Source of the DNA: a virus
Lineage: Duplodnaviria; Caudoviricetes
Reading direction: 5' to 3' (one strand)
Length of the DNA: 64,000 nt
IMG/VR virus record: IMGVR_UViG_3300030104_006170
Shown here: one piece after another, positions 1 to 8,079 of the stretch
How positions within the stretch are numbered: position 1 is the stretch's first letter
How the letters are laid out: each line of letters begins with the position of its first letter
Notes under the pieces: generated by a model
Seen by the model: only the letters and a program-made list of their open reading frames with translations
The model's database searches: none
What the model was told of the DNA's origin: nothing
Program-made: the position numbers and the translations under genes

Positions 1-1
1 C

Positions 2-3000
2 ATCTTCTTCCCAGTAAGTAGGTCCAGTAAAACCTGTTAGAGCAGCTGTGGTTATAGATTCTATTTCTCCTGTTGATTGTACTACTAGTATTTTGTCTGA
101 TGCTGTTGCAGTTGCTGTATCTACACTACCTAAGAATGTTCTACCTGATACCCCTAAATTACCCCCAAATCTTGCATCTGTAACACCAGATAATACACCA
201 TTTATATTTGTATTACCACTAACACCTAAACTATCGGTTAGTATGGTAGAACCTGAAACATGGAGTCTTGCTCTTATAGTTTCAGTAGCAGTACCAATTC
301 CAACATTACCAGTACCCATAACTGTTATTTTCTCATCTGCTGTGGTATACCCCCCCAACGTGAACCCCATACGTGTAGCATCATTACCATAAGAGTTCCC
401 AAAAATACTACGTTGTTGACCTGCGTTACTGTGTCCTATACCAGTTCTACCCGCGATTCTTACTTGTAGTGCATCCGCTCCCGATAGACCACCATCTACA
501 TCAATAGCTACTGTTGGGTTAATAGTACCTACCCCGAACATTTGGTTTGCAGCAAAATTAACTATTGTATCCCCGTCTTTATTTTTTAAATTTAACCCAT
601 AAAATGAACCACTAGATTCTGACTCAAATGTATAGTCTTGATGTGGGTTTGAGTTGGAGTGAAATTTTAAGAAGTGTCCATTATCTTCTCTATCTATTGT
701 TAGTGGATAACCTGTACCGGTACCACCACTTAATAAAATATTTGTACTTCCAGATGGAGATATACTAAGACTATCTGTATTGGATGACCAGTAATTTTCA
801 GTAAACCCAGTAAGTTGTGCTTTGGTAATAGATTCTATTTCACCAGTTGATTGTACTACAAGTATCTTGTCTGTACTTGTAGGTGTAGGTGAAGCTGCAT
901 CTACAGTACCTAAGAAGGTTCTTCCAGATATTCCTAATGTACTTGCTATATGTTGAGTGTTGGCAGATACTATATTACTATATGTTACCCCAGTAACTCC
1001 TAGATTAGTTTTGATAGAAGTTTCACCACTTATTTTTACATCACCATTAACATCTAATTTTACTGTAGGTGTTTCTGTTCCTATACCAACTCTATGAGTA
1101 GAAGCATCAGTAAATAATATAGTACTAGAACCACCTTTAATGGTTAAATCTACATCATTATTACCATTATTGAATATAATATCATGTGGAGCAGAAGAAG
1201 CGTCATTTAAATCTAGATATGATATGCCACCAATATTAAATAAAAGTCTATCATCATAAAATTCAAGATAAGTATTAGGGTCACCATTATGTTTAATGTA
1301 TTGACTAACATATAAATTTCCATTTATAGTGGTATCACCGCTCACCCCTAATTGACCCGTCACATCAACATTAACAGTACCACCTGATGGTTTTATTCCG
1401 GTTCCACTACCATTTCCTATCCAGTAATCTGAGGTAAATGCTGTAAGAGCACCTGTGGTTATACTTTCAATTTCTCCTGTTGATTGTACAACTAAGATTT
1501 TGTCTGATGCTGTTGCCGTTGCTGTATCTACACTTCCTAAGAATGTTTTACCTGATACACCTAATGTACTTGCTATATGTTGAGTGTTGGCAGATACTAT
1601 ATTACTGTAGGTTACTCCGGTAACACCTAAGTTACCTTGATTAAGTGTGCTGCCTGATACATTAATACCGGTAGATGTAGTTTCAAGTTTTTGAGCGTCA
1701 TCATAATAAAAAGCCTGTTCACTACCGGAGTTGAAGATTGCCGATGTTTTACTTCCTGCAGCATTTAAGATTGTAAAGGTACCGGACCTAACTTGTACAT
1801 GTCCTGTGCCATTATCTTGTATTATAGAATTACTTCCGTCATGATAGATTTGTAGGTCATTAGCGTCACCTAACATTAGTTTAGCATCATCCACTAATAT
1901 CGTATTACCACTAATGTTTAGAGTTTGTGCTGTAAGTCCACCGTTTAATTTTATATCCGTATTTGTTGTACCCCCTGAAGGAGTTATGCTGGTTCCGTCA
2001 GTATTACCAGTCCAATAATCGTTATCACCAATATCTGCTTTTAATTCAGCTGTAGTTAGATATTCTATTTCACCGTCACCTTGAGCTACAAGTATTTTAT
2101 CTGCCGAATAACTCCCTCCTGCTGCATCTATAGTTCCGAGATAAGTCTTACCAGACACACCCAACTCATTTTTAACTAGGGTATTACCTGACACGTTAAT
2201 TCCACTTGATGTTGTTTCAAATTTCTTTGTACCGGAATAATATAAGGAAACGGCACCCGAAGCTACTCCTCTAAAAAGATAACTGGTAGCACTACCATCC
2301 GTAAAATCTAATGTATTACCTTCAACCTGTAATGTACTACTCCCAACCGCTATCCTTCCACCACTACTATTAGCATAAACCTCTAAATCATTGTCAGCAC
2401 CTAACATTATTTTATCATTATCACCTAAACTGGTATTACCACTAATACTTAAGGTTTGTGCTGTTAGACCCCCATTTAATTTTATATCTGTATTTGTTGT
2501 ACCACCGGAAGGTGTTATACTAGTACCATCTGTATTACCAGTCCAATAATCAGCATCTGCAATATCTGCTTTTAATTCAGCTGTAGTTAGATATTCTATT
2601 TCACCATCACCCTGTGCTACCAATATTTTATCTGCGGAGTAACTACCTCCTGCTGCATCTATTGTACCTAGATAGGTCCTACCTGACACCCCTAATTCAT
2701 TCTTGATTAACGTATTTCCTGAAACATTAACACCAGCTGATGTAGTTTCAAACTTTTTAACATTATCGTAGTAAATTTCAACTGCTCCATCGGCAATACC
2801 CTTCACCATAAGTTCTGTACTACTATCCTTAGAAATTATAACATTATTGTCACTTTGTAGGTATAGGCTTCCGGTTCCTGTTTCTCTTACTATTGAGTGA
2901 CTTCCATTGTGAAATATCTTTAGGTCAGCATTATTACCAAATCCTGCATAGTTAGCACTAACACTACCATCACCCAGTAATATACTTCCACCAAAAGTTG

Positions 3001-4183
3001 AATTACCGGTTACTCCTAGTACACCTGTTACATCTACATTAGTTGTGGTACCTGACGGTTTTATTCCGGTACCTGAACCATTACCTACCCAATAGTCCGA
3101 TGTAAATGCTGTAAGAGCACCTGTGGTTATACTTTCAATTTCTCCGGTGGATTGTACAACTAAGATTTTGTCTGATGCTGTTGCCGTTGCTGTATCTACA
3201 CTACCTAAATAAGTTTTTCCAGATATTCCTAGTGTGTTTGCTATATGTTGTGTGTTTGCCGATACTACATTACTGTAAGTTATCCCACTAACTCCTAAGT
3301 TACCCTGATTAAGTGTACTACCTGATATATTAATACCGGTTGATGTTGTTTCTAATTTTTTATTACCGGCATGATATAAACTAACATTAAATGCTTCAGA
3401 ATCAGTTTTTAGAAGAATATCATTATTTCTATCCATAGCCCTGAAGTTAATTCTATTACTACCACCATTAATTGTAGCAGTAAAAGGAGCACTATTATCA
3501 TCATGAACCGCAAAGAATGTCATACCACCTGCATCAAGTGAAATCTTATTATCAGTAAAGCGGATTGCTGTGTTATCATCACCTTTATGTTTGATATATT
3601 CAGTAACGAATAAGTCTCCATTTATAATGGTGTCTCCAGTTACACCTAAAAGACCCGGTAGATTAACATTAGTTGTTGTATTTGAACCAGAAGTTGTGAT
3701 ACTAGTACCATCACTACTGCCTGACCAATAGGAGGCAAAATCATCAAAACCACTTACGGTAAAAGTACCTCCAGAAGAATTGGTAAATGTAACAACTCCA
3801 GTTGCTTGATTTAACGTACCTCCCGTAACAAAAGCGTCGTTAAATAATAGTGCACTATTTGTTACGGTAAATGTACCACCAGTACTATTTGTAAAATTAA
3901 GTGTAGAATTAGCTCCATTTGCCGTACCACCAGTCACATAAACACCCGTCCCACCTGAACTGGTACTACCACTAGAACCCCCAGAAAGACAGTTATTATA
4001 AAGTTGGGTTACGTAATCGGAAAATACTTTATCTTTTGGGCAGGAATTGTTATAATATTCTGTAAGACTATTAACAAAATCGTCATAGGTTTGTGAGGGG
4101 ACCGTATAACAACATAATGGTTCCCATACATCACCGTAGTAATTAAGTATAGTTCCGTAATCTAATGTAAGACATTCTGACAT
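2..4183 (-). CDS. Long tail fibre/adhesin-like virion protein built from repeated modules; runs off the left window edge (>1390 aa)
   Basis: ATG at 4183 (MSECLTLDYGTILNYYG...) with TATTTAT upstream. Manual reading found no in-frame stop to the window edge. Gly/Thr/Ser-rich, with six LG(S/T)(V/I)D...DKILV(V/A)Q(S/G)(T/D)GEIE modules, KK(F/L)ETTS(T/S/A)G(I/V)N(I/V)SG motifs and (V/I)GIGT motifs typical of fibres. Absent from the ORF track because the stop lies outside the window. Confidence 0.85.
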   Translation of the reverse strand, partial: MSECLTLDYGTILNYYGDVWEPLCCYTVPSQTYDDFVNSLTEYYNNSCPKDKVFSDYVTQLYNNCLSGGSSGSTSSGGTGVYVTGGTANGANSTLNFTNSTGGTFTVTNSALLFNDAFVTGGTLNQATGVVTFTNSSGGTFTVSGFDDFASYWSGSSDGTSITTSGSNTTTNVNLPGLLGVTGDTIINGDLFVTEYIKHKGDDNTAIRFTDNKISLDAGGMTFFAVHDDNSAPFTATINGGSNRINFRAMDRNNDILLKTDSEAFNVSLYHAGNKKLETTSTGINISGSTLNQGNLGVSGITYSNVVSANTQHIANTLGISGKTYLGSVDTATATASDKILVVQSTGEIESITTGALTAFTSDYWVGNGSGTGIKPSGTTTNVDVTGVLGVTGNSTFGGSILLGDGSVSANYAGFGNNADLKIFHNGSHSIVRETGTGSLYLQSDNNVIISKDSSTELMVKGIADGAVEIYYDNVKKFETTSAGVNVSGNTLIKNELGVSGRTYLGTIDAAGGSYSADKILVAQGDGEIEYLTTAELKADIADADYWTGNTDGTSITPSGGTTNTDIKLNGGLTAQTLSISGNTSLGDNDKIMLGADNDLEVYANSSGGRIAVGSSTLQVEGNTLDFTDGSATSYLFRGVASGAVSLYYSGTKKFETTSSGINVSGNTLVKNELGVSGKTYLGTIDAAGGSYSADKILVAQGDGEIEYLTTAELKADIGDNDYWTGNTDGTSITPSGGTTNTDIKLNGGLTAQTLNISGNTILVDDAKLMLGDANDLQIYHDGSNSIIQDNGTGHVQVRSGTFTILNAAGSKTSAIFNSGSEQAFYYDDAQKLETTSTGINVSGSTLNQGNLGVTGVTYSNIVSANTQHIASTLGVSGKTFLGSVDTATATASDKILVVQSTGEIESITTGALTAFTSDYWIGNGSGTGIKPSGGTVNVDVTGQLGVSGDTTINGNLYVSQYIKHNGDPNTYLEFYDDRLLFNIGGISYLDLNDASSAPHDIIFNNGNNDVDLTIKGGSSTILFTDASTHRVGIGTETPTVKLDVNGDVKISGETSIKTNLGVTGVTYSNIVSANTQHIASTLGISGRTFLGTVDAASPTPTSTDKILVVQSTGEIESITKAQLTGFTENYWSSNTDSLSISPSGSTNILLSGGTGTGYPLTIDREDNGHFLKFHSNSNPHQDYTFESESSGSFYGLNLKNKDGDTIVNFAANQMFGVGTINPTVAIDVDGGLSGADALQVRIAGRTGIGHSNAGQQRSIFGNSYGNDATRMGFTLGGYTTADEKITVMGTGNVGIGTATETIRARLHVSGSTILTDSLGVSGNTNINGVLSGVTDARFGGNLGVSGRTFLGSVDTATATASDKILVVQSTGEIESITTAALTGFTGPTYWEED
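55..3340 (-). repeat. Imperfect direct repeats inside the fibre gene (six module copies; two near-identical pairs)
   Basis: Module cores at about 55-135, 825-920, 1465-1550, 2060-2160, 2600-2690 and 3135-3230. Blocks ~1400-1690 and ~3060-3355, and ~1920-2230 and ~2460-2760, are close to identical at the DNA level. Confidence 0.9.
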
Positions 4184-4303
4184 AATTTAAATTTCTTCTA
4201 TACATAAATATCTATTAGTTGTATATTTATTAATAAAGTAAAAAGCTTGAATATTCACTTTATCTTTTAAAAAAAGGATTATATAATTAATAAAAACAAA
4301 ACA

Positions 4304-4528
4304 ATGTTATTAAACAAAGACTTACCTCACAATTTAACAACAGAACGTATAGAGATTACTTTCTGTGGGAAAGGAAAATGCAAATGTCCATCAATAGATA
4401 TGGACCTAAACCGTGATAAAATTATTATTGGCGGAGAAGATGAAGGTTATACAGAATTTACTAAGGAAGAGTTTGGACTTTTCGTTAATGAAATTAAAGC
4501 TGGTACTTTCGATAAATACATGAAATAA
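4304..4528 (+). CDS. Hypothetical protein (DUF397-like size; CxGxxxCxCP motif)
   Basis: 74-aa ORF after an AT-rich promoter region ending in TATAAT. Confidence 0.6.
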   Translation: MLLNKDLPHNLTTERIEITFCGKGKCKCPSIDMDLNRDKIIIGGEDEGYTEFTKEEFGLFVNEIKAGTFDKYMK

Positions 4529-4529
4529 A

Positions 4530-4730
4530 ATGGGATGTGGATGTAAAAAGAAAAAATCTCAAGCTGCTGCAGCTCAAACTGCACAAGCTAGGACTATGAA
4601 TCAGCCTGTAAATCCAGGTGAAGCAAATGTTAACGCAGTACAAGAAAATAAAGAATATCAAGGTAAAGTAAGAGACGCTCTTAAACAACTTATGGATATA
4701 AAGAGACGTAAACGAACACCTAAAAGATAA
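4530..4730 (+). CDS. Small basic protein with N-terminal MGCGCKKK motif
   Basis: ORF track; abuts the upstream gene and is followed by a terminator hairpin. Confidence 0.65.
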   Translation: MGCGCKKKKSQAAAAQTAQARTMNQPVNPGEANVNAVQENKEYQGKVRDALKQLMDIKRRKRTPKR

Positions 4731-4750
4731 TAAGTTAAAATAATCAAGAG

Positions 4751-4781
4751 AATAAAGGCACTTAGTAGTGCCTTTATTTTT
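4751..4781. terminator. Intrinsic terminator, probably bidirectional
   Basis: AATAAAGGCAC-TTAGTA-GTGCCTTTATT followed by a T run. Confidence 0.85.
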
Positions 4782-4802
4782 GCCAAATATTTATATAGTG
4801 TA

Positions 4803-5921
4803 ATGAAATTATTTAACAATTTACATAATATTATTTTAGAACAAACTACTCCTTGGTATGTTAAAGTTTTCGAGAGTGAGGACTTTGAATCACTATGGCC
4901 AATAACAAAAATGTTTGGTGGTGATTTATATGAAATTTATAAGGCTTTGGAAAAGATGGGTAAAGGGGAAGATTTTATTAGACATATAAGTTATAACTGG
5001 CCTTGGGATGAACAACCTATGGCCCACGTTATTGACGCTTTAGGGGGTATGAGTAGATGGAGACGGGGAATGTTAGATAATGATTTACTAGACATATACG
5101 TCCATCAACCTTATATAGAGGAAATTTCAAATCTTAGTTATGATAAAGACCGAATTATATTAGAATTATTAGGTGGTGAGGAACACAGGTTATTTGGTGG
5201 TTCAAATTATAATGGTGATGATTGTAGGTATGTTGCTGAACAAATATTCAGTGAAGAAGGTTTGGATTGGGAACCTTATGACGTAGATGAGAAATTAGAG
5301 GATTTAATAGAGATGTTATCATCAGAAAATTATACAGAGTTAGTTCGTCATATAGGAATAGAGTTTCAAAATCAAGAAGTTGATGCGTGGAGAGAAGAGT
5401 TTGATGGAGTTAGAGAGGATAATGGTAAAGTTATTGTAACCCCTCGTTTTATGAATGGTTTTCTTCCGGACAATGAAAGTAAGAGATACAATTTAGCTGT
5501 TCTTATTGGTAATACTCCTGAGTTAGCTGATTTAGAAATTGCGATAAGACATGCTTATAGTAGAGCGTATAATGATGTTATTATCAATCAGTATTATGAG
5601 GAGTATAATGATGCTCTTGAAGAGTTATTGGGTCCATCGATAAAACAAGGTTACACTCCGGTTTATAAGTGGGTTAAAAATCCTGAAACAGGACAAAGAG
5701 AACAGAAAAAACGTGAAGTTTCCTTTAAGTCCTTTGATGTAACTGATTTGGCTAGAACTGTAATAACTAGACATGCACATGATGTAGATAGTCCTGAGGA
5801 TTTTCTGAATCTTCTGGATGAGTATGATTATAATCGTCTTTGTCCTAGTGTAGATGACTACCCTTATGATGAAGAAGAAGTAAAAAATAACTTCCAAGAG
5901 TTCTTGTGGGACTATTTATAA
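4803..5921 (+). CDS. Highly acidic protein with an N-terminal ..IILEQ leader; candidate internal head protein
   Basis: 372 aa, D/E-rich; MKLFNNLHNIILEQ leader; TATTTAT at 4788-4794. Confidence 0.7.
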   Translation: MKLFNNLHNIILEQTTPWYVKVFESEDFESLWPITKMFGGDLYEIYKALEKMGKGEDFIRHISYNWPWDEQPMAHVIDALGGMSRWRRGMLDNDLLDIYVHQPYIEEISNLSYDKDRIILELLGGEEHRLFGGSNYNGDDCRYVAEQIFSEEGLDWEPYDVDEKLEDLIEMLSSENYTELVRHIGIEFQNQEVDAWREEFDGVREDNGKVIVTPRFMNGFLPDNESKRYNLAVLIGNTPELADLEIAIRHAYSRAYNDVIINQYYEEYNDALEELLGPSIKQGYTPVYKWVKNPETGQREQKKREVSFKSFDVTDLARTVITRHAHDVDSPEDFLNLLDEYDYNRLCPSVDDYPYDEEEVKNNFQEFLWDYL

Positions 5922-5926
5922 AATAA

Positions 5927-6017
5927 GATGAAAAACTGGACAGAAAAATCATGGGGTTTACTAGTGATGACTATCCTATCAATAGGTATTATGGTACATG
6001 TAATTTGTACTGTATAA
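5927..6017 (+). CDS. 29-aa single-TM peptide (MKNWTEKSWGLLVMTILSIGIMVHVICTV); coordinates +/-1
   Basis: Read manually; fills the gap between two plus-strand genes. Confidence 0.5.
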
Positions 6018-6050
6018 GTAATAATAAAATAAAAATTAAAAACTAAAAAG

Positions 6051-6677
6051 ATGGCAAAAAATTGTTACACAAGAGAGCAGATTGAGACTGCTGTAAAGGA
6101 AAAGGGTTACAAATGGTTCGATGATGCGAACAATAAAGGATATGATGTTAATATTGTAGGTGTTAGAAATGCTGATACTGGTGATAGAGTCACTAATAGA
6201 TTTGACGATTGTGTTACTGTATCATATAAAAAGAATGGTGAATGGAAGTTCTTCTGTTTTGAAGCTACTACAGACCCTGGTGATGATTATATGAATGACC
6301 CAATAGTAAAATCAAAAGGATGTGCTATTTTAAAAGAAGGACAATACAGAGGTTCACACAAAATTAGATTACATCAAGGTAAATACCCAGCTTTAGGACA
6401 AAAAAAGAATGTTAAAGTTTATAGAGATAATGATAGAGATGGTAATTATGACAGAAATGAAGCAACCATAGATGAAGGTTTATTTGGAATTAACATTCAT
6501 AGAGCAACATCTAGAGAAGGTAAAACTTCTACTTATGTGGATAAGTGGTCAGCAGGATGTCAAGTAATTGCAAGTAATGATGATTGGAAAAAATTCATGG
6601 CAATATGTGAAAGAGCGAGAGATATTCATGGTAACTCATTCTCCTACACTTTACTGTCTTCACAAGATATTGTTTAA
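6051..6677 (+). CDS. YkuD/L,D-transpeptidase-like peptidoglycan enzyme (possible endolysin)
   Basis: GINIHRA-x12-KWSAGCQV matches the H-x(14-17)-S-x-G-C catalytic motif. Confidence 0.6.
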   Translation: MAKNCYTREQIETAVKEKGYKWFDDANNKGYDVNIVGVRNADTGDRVTNRFDDCVTVSYKKNGEWKFFCFEATTDPGDDYMNDPIVKSKGCAILKEGQYRGSHKIRLHQGKYPALGQKKNVKVYRDNDRDGNYDRNEATIDEGLFGINIHRATSREGKTSTYVDKWSAGCQVIASNDDWKKFMAICERARDIHGNSFSYTLLSSQDIV

Positions 6678-6700
6678 AAAACAAAATATATTTTATTATT

Positions 6701-6725
6701 AAAAGAGGGTTTACCCCTCTTTTTC
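6701..6725 (+). terminator. Intrinsic terminator
   Basis: AAAAGAGGG-TTTAC-CCCTCTTTTT followed by a T-rich tail. Confidence 0.85.
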
Positions 6726-6757
6726 TTTTTCGTAATTTTTTATCAAATTAAAAGAAT

Positions 6758-6958
6758 ATGAAAATAGTAACTCACAAATTTCGAATTAAAGAGGACCAGA
6801 TTTGTTACCTGGTTAATCTTGTAGATTATAATGGTCACCCTTTAGAAAGTCAGGTGGCTATGAATAATAAAGAGAAGTCAGAAATAGCCCAAGAACTTGC
6901 TGATAGACATAATGTGGAAACTGTTTTCCATAATTCAGGATTTTCTATTATAGAATAA
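6758..6958 (+). CDS. Hypothetical protein
   Basis: ORF track; tight spacing with the next gene. Confidence 0.6.
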   Translation: MKIVTHKFRIKEDQICYLVNLVDYNGHPLESQVAMNNKEKSEIAQELADRHNVETVFHNSGFSIIE

Positions 6959-6959
6959 T

Positions 6960-7148
6960 ATGACTAACGAAGAACTACAAGAACAATTATCTTTACTAAA
7001 AACTAAATTAAAAGAAGCTAACGAAAAAAATGATAGTGACCTTATTAATAGGTATGTAAATGAATTAAATGATTTGTGGGGTAAAGCCAGTGTAGAAATG
7101 TTAAAGAATGCTGAAAAAGGTGGATGGTATTCCTCAGACAAATCTTAA
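6960..7148 (+). CDS. Hypothetical coiled-coil protein
   Basis: ORF track. Confidence 0.6.
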   Translation: MTNEELQEQLSLLKTKLKEANEKNDSDLINRYVNELNDLWGKASVEMLKNAEKGGWYSSDKS

Positions 7149-7216
7149 TAATTTATTTATCTAACCCTTTGAATTTATAAATTATATTTACTACATTTAA
7201 CTATAAAAATAAACTT

Positions 7217-7864
7217 ATGACTGAATTTGAAAAATACGTAAAAAGTGACTTTGGTGTTAGCTCTACCACACTTTATGATTACAAGAACTCTATGACTCCT
7301 ATGGTTATAGAAGAAAGAGAAATGAGAGCTGTATCGATGAGTGTATTCGATAGGTTAATGATGGAAAGAATTATATGGTGTGCTGGTCCAGTAAATGATA
7401 GGATGAGTACTATTGTACAAGCTCAATTAATGTTTTTAGATTCTATAGGAATGGATGATATTACATTACATGTGGACACACCTGGTGGTAGTGTAAAATC
7501 TGGACTAGGAATTGTAGATGTAATGGATTATGTAAAATGTGATATAGCTACAGTTAATACGGGTATGGCTGCAAGTATGGGGTCAGTACTTCTAGGAGCT
7601 GGCACTAAAGGTAAAAGGTCTTCATTAAGATTTAGTAAAACCATGTTACATCAAAGTTCTGGTGGTGCTGTGGGTAATATCCAGGACGCTAGAATTAGTA
7701 TGAAAGAATGGGAAAAAACCAACGATATATTGTTCGAACTTTTAGGGGGGTATTGTGATAAAGACCCAAAACAAGTAATGGAAGACTCTACTAGGGATAA
7801 GTGGTTAACTGCTTCAGAATCTCTAGATTATGGTATTATTGATGAGGTTATAGGTTTAAAGTGA
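7217..7864 (+). CDS. clpP: ATP-dependent Clp protease proteolytic subunit
   Basis: SVFDRLMMERII, IVQAQLMFL, GMAASMGS (Ser), MLHQ (His), RDKW (Asp), YGIIDEV. Confidence 0.95.
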   Translation: MTEFEKYVKSDFGVSSTTLYDYKNSMTPMVIEEREMRAVSMSVFDRLMMERIIWCAGPVNDRMSTIVQAQLMFLDSIGMDDITLHVDTPGGSVKSGLGIVDVMDYVKCDIATVNTGMAASMGSVLLGAGTKGKRSSLRFSKTMLHQSSGGAVGNIQDARISMKEWEKTNDILFELLGGYCDKDPKQVMEDSTRDKWLTASESLDYGIIDEVIGLK

Positions 7865-7890
7865 TATTTATTAACCATGAAAACTAATAT

Positions 7891-8079
7891 ATGCTAATAG
7901 TAGAAGTAAAAAAAGGAAATGTGGACCGTGCTCTAAAAATAATGAGGAGAAAAGTTAAACTAACTAAACAACTTTTCAAATTACGTAATGGAAAACATTT
8001 TACCAAAAAATCTCAAAGAAAAAGATTACAATTACAAAAAGCTAGATATCGTCAACAATATTTAGATGATTTAGATTAA
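7891..8079 (+). CDS. rpsU: Ribosomal protein bS21
   Basis: MLIVEVKKGNVDRALKIMRRKV...HFTKKSQRKRLQLQKARY matches Bacteroidota-type bS21. Confidence 0.9.
   Translation: MLIVEVKKGNVDRALKIMRRKVKLTKQLFKLRNGKHFTKKSQRKRLQLQKARYRQQYLDDLD

Noticed and set aside
55-3340. Repeats as a possible CRISPR array or DGR template/variable pair
   Set aside because: The repeats are long, in-frame protein modules with irregular spacing. No reverse transcriptase or cas genes are in the window, and I saw no obvious adenine-specific mismatch pattern.
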